This document shows, piece by piece, positions 48,841 to 59,724 of a stretch of DNA of 64,000 bases (within the stretch, counting starts at the first letter, position 1; each line of letters opens with the position of its first letter). A program made the translations under genes and the position numbers. The stretch is from a virus: positions 1 to 64,000 of IMG/VR virus record IMGVR_UViG_3300025117_000038; one strand, given 5' to 3'. The notes under the pieces were generated by a model. It was not told the DNA's origin. It made no database searches and saw only the letters and a program-made list of their open reading frames with translations.

Positions 48841-49930
48841 AATTAATGTTGAGAATATTAAAAAGTATCTAAAAGTTCTTTACGGGACATTTACCAAATC
48901 CGATACGGATGCTTATAGATATTTGTTCTTTGATATCAATGGTGATAATATGGCTGTCAGTGCCTTTAATGACTATTTTGCAATTAAATGTTCCGTTCCG
49001 ATAACTAACAATGGCGACAATGAGAAAGTATGCATTGAGGGGAAGTCTTTTCTTGAACTTATGAGAGTCTCATATGGTAATGTTAAAATGTCTTATAAAA
49101 GTGGGAAGAATGTTACTATTAGATTAAATAATAACTCTGAATATAAGTTACCAACTATGTTCTACCAGGATTTTATAAGCATGGTTCCTACTTATGATAT
49201 CTTTTACACCCCCAAAGAAGTTCCTAAAATGGTATCGTTTGATATCAACTCATTACAAAGTAAGATTAACAGCGTAGCACATTGTCTTTCTGCTGACGAT
49301 GCTTACCCTCCTTTGGAGCATATTTATGTTTATAGTAATTACTTTTTGGCCTGTAACCAAGGATACGGTAGTCTCAGTAAGATAGATACAGATGTTCTGA
49401 GTGGTATCATGATTAATAAATTCGCCATTTACTGTATCAATAACATGACTGACAAAAAAATCTCCATAGGACAAATTGACAGTATTATCTATGGTACTAG
49501 TGATAGTATTGATTTCTTTTGTTTTACTGGTATGTTAGACGAATATCCCATCAAAGAAATAGAGGAAATAATCAATGGTGGGAACTCTAATATTTATACG
49601 ACAGATATTACATTTGCATCGGAATCAGTACTTGATTCTTTGAACAGACTTGGGGTTGTCGCTGAAAAAGATTACAATAGTGTCGACTTTTGGTTTGATA
49701 AAAATGGGCTACACCTAAGTGTTACTGATGGAACCCGTTCAGGTGAAGAAGAAATAATGGTTAATGGTAATTACGATGAAAAAACCCATGTTACCTTCGA
49801 TGGGAAAATGTTTGGGAAGATGATGAAAATATATAATTCTGATGTTAGGTGGTTTTCAAAGGGGAGTGATGATATACAATATTTAAGTGATGGAATAACT
49901 CTTCAGTTCTTTAAAAAACAGGCCGAATAA
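48830..49930 (+). CDS. DNA polymerase sliding clamp (beta-clamp-like)
   Basis: 366 aa three-domain alpha/beta pattern; EYP, LDSLNRL, GEEEI, FDGK segments resemble DnaN. Confidence 0.7.
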   Translation: MNIEINVENIKKYLKVLYGTFTKSDTDAYRYLFFDINGDNMAVSAFNDYFAIKCSVPITNNGDNEKVCIEGKSFLELMRVSYGNVKMSYKSGKNVTIRLNNNSEYKLPTMFYQDFISMVPTYDIFYTPKEVPKMVSFDINSLQSKINSVAHCLSADDAYPPLEHIYVYSNYFLACNQGYGSLSKIDTDVLSGIMINKFAIYCINNMTDKKISIGQIDSIIYGTSDSIDFFCFTGMLDEYPIKEIEEIINGGNSNIYTTDITFASESVLDSLNRLGVVAEKDYNSVDFWFDKNGLHLSVTDGTRSGEEEIMVNGNYDEKTHVTFDGKMFGKMMKIYNSDVRWFSKGSDDIQYLSDGITLQFFKKQAE

Positions 49931-50460
49931 TGTATAGCAAACTTTTTCGTGAACATAAACATTTGATAGATAAATATGTTAATATGTATGGTAAGTTGGA
50001 TGGGTATGCCGACTTTAGGCAGAAACTTCTCTTGTCGATATTTATTTATATTGAAAAGAAGACGGTAGAAACAGGGAAAAGTCCCGAAGAACTTTTATTT
50101 GGGGCAGTTAAAATCCTTGCCAAAAGGATTTTCTATGATTCGATTAATAATAAACAAACATCTTTCGAAAGAGGGTTTTGTTCTATAGACAATATTAATG
50201 AAATATATCTATCTGATGATAATACTGATATCATAAAATCTATTCCCAAACATATCTTCGACGATTTTGATGATATTGAAAAGAAAATAGCCTATGCCAT
50301 TGATACATATGGATTTGGAGAGGTTATTAAATATACTAAGATAGCTAAGAAATTAGGCATTTCTGCTAAAACTATTATGTATAGAGTACAAAAAATAAAG
50401 AAAATTATAGAGAAATATCAAAAAAGAAGAGCTGTTTTCGAAAGAGTTTGTAATATATAA
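49930..50460 (+). CDS. Sigma factor-like HTH protein
   Basis: C-terminal KYTKIAKKLGISAKTIMYRVQKIKK; lies just before the packaging genes. Confidence 0.6.
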   Translation: MYSKLFREHKHLIDKYVNMYGKLDGYADFRQKLLLSIFIYIEKKTVETGKSPEELLFGAVKILAKRIFYDSINNKQTSFERGFCSIDNINEIYLSDDNTDIIKSIPKHIFDDFDDIEKKIAYAIDTYGFGEVIKYTKIAKKLGISAKTIMYRVQKIKKIIEKYQKRRAVFERVCNI

Positions 50461-50467
50461 ACAAATA

Positions 50468-51460
50468 TTGTCATTATTTTTTAAAAAAGCTGTATGTTAT
50501 ATAGAAACATACGGCTTTTTTTATGGAGAAAAAATGAGTAGGAAAAACGATGCAACCTCTGTTTTTGTGGAACTAAACGAAGAAGAGGTCAAGGAATGGA
50601 CGAGAATTTTAACATCTTTTTATAATGAAAAATTTCCCGGTAGATTTAAGACCGACGAAGAGTTGAATGCCCACATTTCGGGGGTCTTGAAAATATGTCA
50701 GGTCGGTTGGAGTAGAGGACCAAAGGACATTGAAACAAGGATTAAAAGGAAAACGGGATATGGATGGGAAATTAGAGCTCCTAGAAAGCCCAAAAAAACT
50801 GAAACGGAAGAAAATATTGAAAGGCTCCAAAAAATAAAAGAAACAACCAAAATTGGGAATATAGATTTTATTGGCAATCTTGATTATGATACTGCCTTAT
50901 CAAAGAAGGAAAGGGAACAATTCAGAACAAAAATGGAAACGTATATGAGAGAGTTTGAGTTTAATGAAAGTTCTGATGTTGCTCTTTTGGAAAAATTAGT
51001 TATTGAAGAAATAGTCGCTAAACGATTATCCGTTTACCAATTAATGAATCCCCTTGATATTGATATGAGCAAACTGGCTACAGAAGCTCTTAAAAGGGTT
51101 CATGACCTTCAAAGTAAATTGGGTATTACTAGAGAACAGCGTTCCGATGAAATAAAAAGTAAAGCTGGTGACATTGCAACTTTAGCTCTTCAATTAGACA
51201 ATAAATTAAAACAGATTCACGATATAGAGAAAAAAGAACGGGAAGAAGAGGAATATTACGAAGCCGAAAAAGCCAAAAGGGACCCAGTTAATATTTTACC
51301 CGAAGAAGAAAAGATAATTGCGACACTTGGTATAAGCGAATCTGGAATAGAAGCAATCGACAAGGATTTAGATATTACCTCTCAGATAGAAAAGATGCAC
51401 TATGCATCTATGAATGTTGAAACTCCCCAGATAACGGAACACGAAGATGTTGACAGTTAA
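50468..51460 (+). CDS. Possible terminase small subunit (true start probably 50533)
   Basis: Helical protein immediately upstream of and overlapping terL. Confidence 0.45.
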   Translation: MSLFFKKAVCYIETYGFFYGEKMSRKNDATSVFVELNEEEVKEWTRILTSFYNEKFPGRFKTDEELNAHISGVLKICQVGWSRGPKDIETRIKRKTGYGWEIRAPRKPKKTETEENIERLQKIKETTKIGNIDFIGNLDYDTALSKKEREQFRTKMETYMREFEFNESSDVALLEKLVIEEIVAKRLSVYQLMNPLDIDMSKLATEALKRVHDLQSKLGITREQRSDEIKSKAGDIATLALQLDNKLKQIHDIEKKEREEEEYYEAEKAKRDPVNILPEEEKIIATLGISESGIEAIDKDLDITSQIEKMHYASMNVETPQITEHEDVDS

Positions 51461-52988
51461 AGAAAAAAATAGTCTGACACAAGAAGAGAGATTAATTCAA
51501 TTCTATCGCGACCATCCCGTCGAAGCAGCCAAAGACTTACTTGGGGTTGAACTTGTCTGGTTACAAAGAGTAGCTCTAAGGAAAGCGTGGAAATCAAGAT
51601 TTTTCATGTTGCTTCTAACGAGAGGACTTGGGAAAACTTGGTTATCTGCGGTGATTGTTGTTTTGTATGGGCTTCTTTACCCAAAAACTAAAATAGGAGT
51701 GATAGCTCCAGTATTACGTCAAGCAAGTTATATGTTTGATTATATCGAGGAATTGTATAACGAATCACCTTATATAAAAGTTGCTACACGAAAATTCAGC
51801 AGGTCTTTGAATAGAGAATATATAGAGTTTAAAAATGGGTCTTATATAGAGGGACTTCCGTTAGGAGATGGGAATAGGATTAGAGGAAGGCGTTATCATT
51901 TTGTTATTATAGATGAATATTCACAAGTCCCAGAACAAATTATTATTCTTGTTATTCGCCCTATGATGAATATTAAAAGGAGAGGAATAAACAATAAACT
52001 TATTATATCTGGAACTGCCTACTATCCTTGGAATCATTATTATAAACAATATCTTATTTTTAATGTTATGTCAAGATTACGTCCCGACCTATATAGCTTT
52101 GTCGAATATGATTATGAGGATTTGCTTGTTGTAGATGACCCCCCTTATCAAATAGATATACAAAATCTTGAAATGATGAAAGCGTCTTCTACTCACGATG
52201 AATTTATGATGGAGAATAAAAACTTGTTCCCTGTTGTCAGTTCTGGATTTTTCCCCGCTAAATTAATCGATACTTGTACTCCTACATTAAAAGAGGGTTC
52301 TCCTATTGAGGAAATAGGGAGAGTAGATAAAAAATATGTTATTGGGGTTGATGCGGCCAGAGTCGAGGGTGGTGACAACTTTATTATTCAGGTGTTAAGA
52401 ATCGATGGTATGGTTAAGAGACTCGTAAAAACAGTTAAAATGAATGGAGCCTCTTACCCTGAAATGGCTGCAGCAGTTAGAAATATTTGTGTTAATTTTA
52501 ATGTTGTTAGAGTATTTTTGGATGCTCTTGGTGGAGGATTGGCTATTTATGATTTAATATCAAAACCATGGGTAGACCCTGTTACTGGAAAAATAATGCC
52601 AGCAATTTTAAATATGGATGATAAAGATACGGAGGGTCTTCCTGGTATGAGATATTTAAAGTTTATCATACAAACAATGCCTCTAAACAGTGAAATATTT
52701 CATGGGCTGAAATCAGAAATGGAACATAATAGGATGTTATTCCCAATGACAAGAAGAAGGGATAATGACCCCAATATCGAATCTATACTGGCTGAAATAA
52801 ATCAAACAAAACAAGAGCTAATGATGTTAATCGCAGAAGGAACTGGTATTTATTTTAAATTTTCGGCTCCATCTGGAAGAAAAAAAGATAGAGCAGTAGC
52901 ATTGGCTCTCGCTAATGCGGCAGCAAAAGATTATTTAAATATTACTCCTATAGTACAAAAGGGTCTTGCCTCAGGAAGGTGGATATAA
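51447..52988 (+). CDS. terL: Terminase large subunit
   Basis: Walker A TRGLGKT, IRGRR, Walker B VIIDE, nuclease IGVDAAR...KKDRAVA. Confidence 0.92.
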   Translation: MLTVKEKNSLTQEERLIQFYRDHPVEAAKDLLGVELVWLQRVALRKAWKSRFFMLLLTRGLGKTWLSAVIVVLYGLLYPKTKIGVIAPVLRQASYMFDYIEELYNESPYIKVATRKFSRSLNREYIEFKNGSYIEGLPLGDGNRIRGRRYHFVIIDEYSQVPEQIIILVIRPMMNIKRRGINNKLIISGTAYYPWNHYYKQYLIFNVMSRLRPDLYSFVEYDYEDLLVVDDPPYQIDIQNLEMMKASSTHDEFMMENKNLFPVVSSGFFPAKLIDTCTPTLKEGSPIEEIGRVDKKYVIGVDAARVEGGDNFIIQVLRIDGMVKRLVKTVKMNGASYPEMAAAVRNICVNFNVVRVFLDALGGGLAIYDLISKPWVDPVTGKIMPAILNMDDKDTEGLPGMRYLKFIIQTMPLNSEIFHGLKSEMEHNRMLFPMTRRRDNDPNIESILAEINQTKQELMMLIAEGTGIYFKFSAPSGRKKDRAVALALANAAAKDYLNITPIVQKGLASGRWI

Positions 52989-54442
52989 TGATAGTAACAA
53001 AAAATGTTGGTATTTCAATTACCAGAGAATTGGCAACTGGCGTTAAAGTTCCCAATACCGTAAAGCCTCCAATGAACTTTTTGCATGATTCGAAAGATTA
53101 TGAAATGAGTTTCTCGAATGACATAAAAAGAACAATGGAGTTATGTGATAAAATATATAAGCATGAAGCAATCATAGGCAATGCTGTCGATATTCTCGTT
53201 GAATTCGCAACCACAAAACTGTGGGCAGAAGATACCGGGAACGAAGAGTTAAATAAAATTCTGAACTTTTTCAATAACAATGTTAATGATGGATTAACCG
53301 GACAATCCCCCGGAATGTTTGCATTGTTCGAGAAATTATTCACCGAATATCTTGTTTTCGGTAATGTCTTTCCATACGCATATTGGCAACAGGTACAAGT
53401 AGAAGGTATAAAGAAACCGTTTTCAATACCTACATCTATTACATTATTAAATCCTCAGCATATTCAAATCCCAAGCGAATCGGTCGCTTTTGGAAATGAA
53501 GTTCTATATTTTACTCCAGATTACAATACTATGCAAGTTTTGAGGTCTGACGGAAGAAGTTATCCAGAATACATGAAATTAAAGAAGTCGTTGCCCAATA
53601 ACATGATAAGAAAATTAAAAAATCAACGAAGTGATAAATTAATGCTTGATTCAAGATTTGTCTCACATATCAAGAGAAAGGGGAGGGACTATAGTGGATG
53701 GGGAATCCCATTTATTTTAAGAACCTTTACGGCTTTATCGATTATTAAAAAAATAAGAAAACTGGATGAATCAACAATAGAAGGTTTAATGAATTTACTT
53801 GTTTTGTTTAAGGTCGGAACTGACGAATTCCCGGCAAGTCCTGAGCGCGTAGCCGCTTTAGCTTCTCTATTATCCGAACAAAAGGCCTCAACTCAGTTGG
53901 TTTGGGCGCACGATTTAGATGTTTCGACACATGGCCCCGATGGTAAGGTTCTCGCGTTTAAGGATAAATATGCCGAAGCATACACCGAACTGAAGAGAGG
54001 ACTTGGTGTCCCTCCTGGACTTTTGGGTGAACCACAGCAGGTTCGTTATGAAGATTTGCTTGCCATGACAGAGAGATTGAACACAATAAGAAGAATTGGG
54101 TTGACGTGGTTACAGCACAGTATTTATAACAAGATTGCCATACAAAATGGATTTACTGATATTATGCCGAATCCGAGAATGGCAAGAATGAATCTGTCGA
54201 ATAGTGATTCATTGAAGACTCATATAATGAACTTCTATGATAGAGGGTTAATTGACACCGACACTGCCCTAACTGAAGCTGGATATGATTACGACTCTGT
54301 TGTTGATGCTAAAAAAAGAACAAAGAAAAATGACAAACTTTTCCAACCACCACAATTACCTTGGGCTGGACAAGATAATAAACAAGGTTTCAAGAATGAC
54401 AACCCGGAGAAAACAAACAAAAGAAACTCAGATGAGGAATAG
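52979..54442 (+). CDS. Portal protein
   Basis: Follows terL; YLVFGNVFPY, LLNP, WGIP, LGVP features; 487 aa. Confidence 0.82.
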   Translation: MDIMIVTKNVGISITRELATGVKVPNTVKPPMNFLHDSKDYEMSFSNDIKRTMELCDKIYKHEAIIGNAVDILVEFATTKLWAEDTGNEELNKILNFFNNNVNDGLTGQSPGMFALFEKLFTEYLVFGNVFPYAYWQQVQVEGIKKPFSIPTSITLLNPQHIQIPSESVAFGNEVLYFTPDYNTMQVLRSDGRSYPEYMKLKKSLPNNMIRKLKNQRSDKLMLDSRFVSHIKRKGRDYSGWGIPFILRTFTALSIIKKIRKLDESTIEGLMNLLVLFKVGTDEFPASPERVAALASLLSEQKASTQLVWAHDLDVSTHGPDGKVLAFKDKYAEAYTELKRGLGVPPGLLGEPQQVRYEDLLAMTERLNTIRRIGLTWLQHSIYNKIAIQNGFTDIMPNPRMARMNLSNSDSLKTHIMNFYDRGLIDTDTALTEAGYDYDSVVDAKKRTKKNDKLFQPPQLPWAGQDNKQGFKNDNPEKTNKRNSDEE

Positions 54443-54824
54443 TATGACCCGAAAGGATACAATAAAAGAATTAGACTCTTTATGTCTAATTGATAAAGAT
54501 AACAAAAGTTTTGGTATTATGGGAAGCCATAAATTCCATGTTTTGAATAATTTATTGACATCCAAAGATTGTCAGATAATTGAAATGGTGGGGATGAATG
54601 GCGGTAAAGAAATAGACGTTGGTAAACATATTCATGAAAAAAGCACAGAAATTTTTTATCAATTATCTGGGACAACCTACTTTCACGATGGAACACATAT
54701 AAAAGAGGGAGAAATAAAGTTAATATCTCCAAATGAACAACATAATTTACATATTCAAGGAAATGGTTCTGTTGTTATTATTATCCATCCGGTAGATGAA
54801 AAATTAAGATTATTAACTTCATAA
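54432..54824 (+). CDS. Cupin-domain protein
   Basis: HIHEKSTEIFYQLSG...ISPNEQH. Confidence 0.65.
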   Translation: MRNSMTRKDTIKELDSLCLIDKDNKSFGIMGSHKFHVLNNLLTSKDCQIIEMVGMNGGKEIDVGKHIHEKSTEIFYQLSGTTYFHDGTHIKEGEIKLISPNEQHNLHIQGNGSVVIIIHPVDEKLRLLTS

Positions 54825-54833
54825 GGGGGTGAA

Positions 54834-55151
54834 ATGGGTGATGATTTAAAGGAGTTGAGTGCTAAATGTTCTGAACTGTCCTCAATTTGTAGTGATATGA
54901 AAGCACAACTAAGAATGCTTAATCCTGCCGATTTAATAGAATTTAAAGGTAAAATTGTTAATGCTCTTGCCCATTTTGATAGTGATTTAGCTTCTTTGGA
55001 GAAAAGAATGACAAAGAATGAAACCGAGATAGCAAGCAACAAAGAGAGTATTGCTATTTTAAAAGCTAAAATTGGAATAGTTGGATTTATTTCTGGGTTA
55101 TTTGCCGGAGGAATAATTAACGCAATTTTATATTTAATATTTAGGGTGTAA
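54834..55151 (+). CDS. Coiled-coil protein with C-terminal TM (holin/XhlA-like)
   Basis: Coiled coil followed by a hydrophobic tail. Confidence 0.45.
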   Translation: MGDDLKELSAKCSELSSICSDMKAQLRMLNPADLIEFKGKIVNALAHFDSDLASLEKRMTKNETEIASNKESIAILKAKIGIVGFISGLFAGGIINAILYLIFRV

Positions 55152-55263
55152 TTTGTTGTTATATATAGTGTTATATTAAACAAAATGATTATGTTAAAAA
55201 AAATGGGGAATATTTAATAAAAAATAAGTATTTGTATTAGAGATACAATTTAATGGAGTAAAA

Positions 55264-55977
55264 ATGATTATAGCCGACAAAATTACCCATTTCATGGGTT
55301 CGAATGTAGAAATTTATAGTAAGCCTATTAGTGAAGCCGGAGAAGCTATTGCCAGAAAAAATCATACCGAAGATTTAATGTATCTGAAATTTGAATTATT
55401 ACATGCTAATACTAATCGCAATAAAGACGAATTTTTAAAAGATGAATTAAAAGCTGCTTATCAAACACTGGTTGACAAACCGATTAACTGGGAGCATCGC
55501 CCCAACGAAATAATCGGTCATGTTTATTCGGCTGATTATGTTGAGTATAAACCGGAGGCTGAAGCCAGTTCACCAGTAGATACTAAAACCGATGTTGTTG
55601 TTTGTGAAGGTGTTGTTTATAAATATAAAATTCCCACAAGAGCTATGGAAATCCAAAGACGTTATGCTGAGAAGAAACTTTTCTATTCCATGGAAACGTA
55701 TTTTGAAAAAGCTAAATGTTCTGAGTGTGGAAAAGAATTTGAAGATAGTATTGACTATTGTGAACACTTGACAACAAGATTCGAAAGAGGTAGTACAGCA
55801 AGGAGACAGTTAATTGGTCTATTATTCGGTGGTGCTGGTTGTGTTAAAAATCCAGCCGATGATGCAAGGGGATTAATTGTAGCTTCTCAAAGGACTAATT
55901 CAATTATATCATTAATCGATATTCTTGGTGATAGATTTACTGTTGAAGATTATTTCGAATACATTAAAAAACAATAG
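55264..55977 (+). CDS. Prohead maturation protease
   Basis: NRNKDEF, KPINWEH...IIGH, SME, GAGCVKNPAD; position between portal and capsid. Confidence 0.75.
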   Translation: MIIADKITHFMGSNVEIYSKPISEAGEAIARKNHTEDLMYLKFELLHANTNRNKDEFLKDELKAAYQTLVDKPINWEHRPNEIIGHVYSADYVEYKPEAEASSPVDTKTDVVVCEGVVYKYKIPTRAMEIQRRYAEKKLFYSMETYFEKAKCSECGKEFEDSIDYCEHLTTRFERGSTARRQLIGLLFGGAGCVKNPADDARGLIVASQRTNSIISLIDILGDRFTVEDYFEYIKKQ

Positions 55978-55986
55978 GGGTTTATT

Positions 55987-56811
55987 ATGATAAATAAAAT
56001 AGATGAAAAATATAGGAATGTTTTATTAAAGTATGTTTCACCAGTTGGTGAAAAACCTGTTTTTGGTGATAATATTAATGGAATTTTTTCTATAGATACG
56101 AAAGAAGCGATAACCGCTTCTATAGAAGGACTGTTAAATGATGCTAATGTTCTGAAGATTTATTCAAATACCGAAAGGTTGGAAATTTTTAGAAACATTA
56201 TAGAGGCATCTTATGATATGGGAAATGATATAACCGATATAATAAAGGAAGTTTCGAAAGGAGGCTTTACAGTGAAGGTATACACAGAAGAAGAAATGCA
56301 AGCCAAAGCCAAAGAACTTGCTGATTCTATGTTTGAGGAAAAACTGAAGAGTACGGCTAAAGAAGATACCGAATCTTTGTTTACCCAAAAACTCGATGAA
56401 GTCAAAGCTCAGGTGACGGCACTTGAAAAGAAAAATTCTGATTTAGAACAGAAGGTTGCAGATGCAGAAAAAGAAAAACAAGATATTTTAGCAGAGCAAA
56501 AAAAGCAAGAGACAATTGCCAAAAGAACTCTTGAGCTGAAAGCACTTGGTTTTGATTTCGAAGCTAATAAAGAGATGGTTGCAACCTACCTTACTTCTAA
56601 TGACGGAGACTATGAAAATTTCAAAAAGATTATAGCTAAGATTGCCGCCGATACCGCTAATGATATAAAGGCTAAAGCTGAAGCTGAGAAGGCAAAGCTT
56701 GGTAGTGATGGCGACTTGGCTGCGGCATCGACCATTGTTCCTAACAATGTTAGTGATGCAGGTGAAGGTGTTTTTGATAAAATTATGAAAGAAAAATTGA
56801 AAATAAAGTAA
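55987..56811 (+). CDS. Capsid scaffolding-like coiled-coil protein
   Basis: Charged coiled coil between protease and capsid genes. Confidence 0.6.
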   Translation: MINKIDEKYRNVLLKYVSPVGEKPVFGDNINGIFSIDTKEAITASIEGLLNDANVLKIYSNTERLEIFRNIIEASYDMGNDITDIIKEVSKGGFTVKVYTEEEMQAKAKELADSMFEEKLKSTAKEDTESLFTQKLDEVKAQVTALEKKNSDLEQKVADAEKEKQDILAEQKKQETIAKRTLELKALGFDFEANKEMVATYLTSNDGDYENFKKIIAKIAADTANDIKAKAEAEKAKLGSDGDLAAASTIVPNNVSDAGEGVFDKIMKEKLKIK

Positions 56812-56831
56812 CTTGAAAGGGGTGAAGATAA

Positions 56832-57509
56832 ATGTTAGAAGTAAAAGTTCCCGGTTTTAGAAATGGGTACAGTTATAAAGCTGGCGAAGCTCTATTAATG
56901 GGTACAGTTGGATATATTTCTGGTATTGATTCAAGTGGATATTTTTTAATTAAAGCTCCTAGTACATCAACAACGGCTGCTTTAACTATTTATCCGTTTA
57001 AGAAGTATACAGATGATAATGAGGGCAGTGATACTGCTTCTGCTTACGAATCTATTCCTAGTGGCTCCGGTCTTGTCGTTTTTGAGGGATTTGGAGAATA
57101 TGTAACAGATAAGTTCGTTCATACTGGTCTTGTTAATACAAGTTCAACTCAGTTGTTCCACGATTCTGCTCAGTATGCATCAATGACATCTACGGCACAT
57201 TATACTACATATGGAACAAAAATGAAATTCCTGTATCCGTGTATTACTGCTGGAAAGCTTGGATATTTAGCTGGTACATCGACCAACGCTGGATTTGCTG
57301 ACGCTGCTTATACTGGTACTCAAATAAAGCCATCATGGAATAAGAATTTTATTCTTGTTAGACCTTATTCTGGAATGTATATCAATAACTCAAAGATTGC
57401 GTTCAGAACAGTGCCGTCGTCACCAGTTTGGGGTGGAATGTATGTTAGTAGCACAAATGCTGCTAATGGTAATCCTACCTTAGAAATGTCACCATATTAT
57501 AACAGTTAA
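56832..57509 (+). CDS. Head decoration protein candidate
   Basis: G/S/T-rich beta protein immediately upstream of the capsid gene. Confidence 0.5.
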   Translation: MLEVKVPGFRNGYSYKAGEALLMGTVGYISGIDSSGYFLIKAPSTSTTAALTIYPFKKYTDDNEGSDTASAYESIPSGSGLVVFEGFGEYVTDKFVHTGLVNTSSTQLFHDSAQYASMTSTAHYTTYGTKMKFLYPCITAGKLGYLAGTSTNAGFADAAYTGTQIKPSWNKNFILVRPYSGMYINNSKIAFRTVPSSPVWGGMYVSSTNAANGNPTLEMSPYYNS

Positions 57510-57534
57510 TATTAATTTGAAGGAGGTTGTTTTA

Positions 57535-58422
57535 ATGGACATTAAAGATAGACAAGCATTGGCAAAAGCATTTGCAGAAGAAGCTGCGAGTGCTATGGAA
57601 ACTCCCGAAACAAGGGAAGCCTTTGCTACGAAGATTGTTAAATATCTTCGAATGGACGTTCAACAGCGCGACCTTGCAGAATTAATGTTGACTAAGGATT
57701 ATTTTGAACTTGGACAAACGCCGGAATATACTGAGTTTGCCGGACTGAAAGCCCACTGGCATGAGCCGGGGTCATATGCACCAAGAAGTGCCATGACTCG
57801 TAAGGTTTTTACTGTTCCGACAGACATGATAAGTGTCCATCCAGAATATGAATTAGGGCAACTTAAATCTGGTCGCTACGGAACGATTTTAGACCAAATG
57901 GATTCAGCGAGAGATGAAATCCTCGGAGCTACCAATGCTCTTGTTTTTAACACTATTAAGGGGTCGATTGTGTCTGGTGATGCTAACTATTTCGCCGCAA
58001 GTGGACAGGTTACATTAGCGGCACTTGACCAAGCTATTAGTTGGGTTAATGACCACTCTAATGGTGTTAAGGCTATTGTCGGAAGGCGTAGCAGGTTGGA
58101 TAAGATTCTTGGTTTGAATACAACCAGTGGTCCTTATTCTGATAGAATTTTGGACGAAATCATGAGAACCGGAGTTTTGTCAATTTATAAGGGTGCTCCT
58201 GTTATTGGACTACCTCAATACTACGACGGTTTCGGTCAAGCTACAATATCCCCTGACGATATTATCGTTCTTGGTGATAATGTTGGCCGTTATGTTGTAA
58301 AAGAGGAAGTTCAACAAATGAACGATATCGACATTGATACACTAAATTGGCATATGCATGTGTGGAGTAGACTCGGTTGCGCGATTTTCAAGCCCGAAAG
58401 AGCTGCACGTATTTATATGTAA
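57535..58422 (+). CDS. Major capsid protein (HK97 fold)
   Basis: Synteny, GGAGG RBS, size ~295 aa, C-terminal GCAIFKPERAARI, downstream hairpin. Confidence 0.8.
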   Translation: MDIKDRQALAKAFAEEAASAMETPETREAFATKIVKYLRMDVQQRDLAELMLTKDYFELGQTPEYTEFAGLKAHWHEPGSYAPRSAMTRKVFTVPTDMISVHPEYELGQLKSGRYGTILDQMDSARDEILGATNALVFNTIKGSIVSGDANYFAASGQVTLAALDQAISWVNDHSNGVKAIVGRRSRLDKILGLNTTSGPYSDRILDEIMRTGVLSIYKGAPVIGLPQYYDGFGQATISPDDIIVLGDNVGRYVVKEEVQQMNDIDIDTLNWHMHVWSRLGCAIFKPERAARIYM

Positions 58423-58429
58423 TTTTAAA

Positions 58430-58445
58430 GGGGGAATTATCCCCC
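58430..58445 (+). terminator. Hairpin after the capsid gene
   Basis: GGGGGA-ATTA-TCCCCC. Confidence 0.5.
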
Positions 58446-59100
58446 ATTATTAGGAGGAATGGAAAATGGACGAGAAGAAAAGAGGAAGACCGAAAGGAAG
58501 TAAAAATAAATCAAAAGATAATCAAACATCTGTTGAAGTTACGCAACAGGAAAATAACAAGAGAATTGTCTTAAGACCAGTCAATGAAAGTGGTCGATTT
58601 ATTAATTCCGAAGGCGTTCTATATGAAGAAAAAGTTTTTTATAGCTTTAAGAATAGATTAAAAGGTGCATTTTTTTATAAGGGTGATGACGGTTCCGATA
58701 AAAAAATCGATGGACTAACAATCAGAAATGACATTACCCCAAGAGAAAGAGAAGATATTACCGGATGTCACGCATTTCAAGAAGGTTTTATAGTAGAGTG
58801 GGCTGATGATACTGTTAAGCCTACGAATTATAATGCCATGAGTGACAGGCAAATAGATGCAGTTATGAAAGAGTATGGTTTATTAGAAGATAAAGATAAA
58901 TTCAAAAACTATATTAACAGTATGACATCTATTTTTTCTCTTGAATATTTTAGGGACAAAGTAAAAGATACTTTACCGGGTTCGATTATAACATATATTG
59001 ACAGTCGCATTGGCGAATTAAGAGAAGCTGAATATGCGAAGTTAGCTGTCAACAAAAAAGAATATAAACAAGGTTTAAAAAAATAGAAAGGAGATTATAG

Positions 59101-59724
59101 ATGGCAGCTACTTGGGAAGTTACTGGTATCGCTGGAGATAGTAATACCGCTACTGCTGGGGCTGTTAGGGTTCCCATTAATGCTACGTCAGCAATTGCAT
59201 TTGGTGGTGGAACGAGGGGAACCGCATTATTAACGGCAATTCAAAAAGATGAAGTCGCGATGTCGATGCATATTTGCGATGCCGCATCAGAATCTGCTCA
59301 TGATAGATGTGCTAGTCCTCATATGCATGTAATGGCATATGCAGCAACGGCAGGATATTGCTATAATGATACCGTATACGAAGCTATTTCGGTAGCATCT
59401 CCTCCAGCAGCAAGGGGTATTGAGTTTAGATTTGGATTTGATTCAGACGTTGAAATTACAGCATGTACAATTCATGCTGGAACTGGTGCTAATGTTGATG
59501 GTATGACTGAAAATTGTGGAATTTATTTTTGTGAAAGAAGCAATAGCAGTGCAGTGTGTGGGCAAGTTACATGGAGCAGAGCTTTTTACGGAAGTGCCTT
59601 AAGTCTACATCCATTTTCAACGGCAGCAAATTCAAGAGATTGGTATGTTGGAATTTCATTAAAAGCAACCGCAGTTGGTTTTGAGTCTGATAATAAAATT
59701 AAAATTGAAGCAACTTATCAATAG
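59101..59724 (+). CDS. Putative virion structural protein
   Basis: Ala/Gly/Thr-rich beta protein in the late operon. Confidence 0.5.
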   Translation: MAATWEVTGIAGDSNTATAGAVRVPINATSAIAFGGGTRGTALLTAIQKDEVAMSMHICDAASESAHDRCASPHMHVMAYAATAGYCYNDTVYEAISVASPPAARGIEFRFGFDSDVEITACTIHAGTGANVDGMTENCGIYFCERSNSSAVCGQVTWSRAFYGSALSLHPFSTAANSRDWYVGISLKATAVGFESDNKIKIEATYQ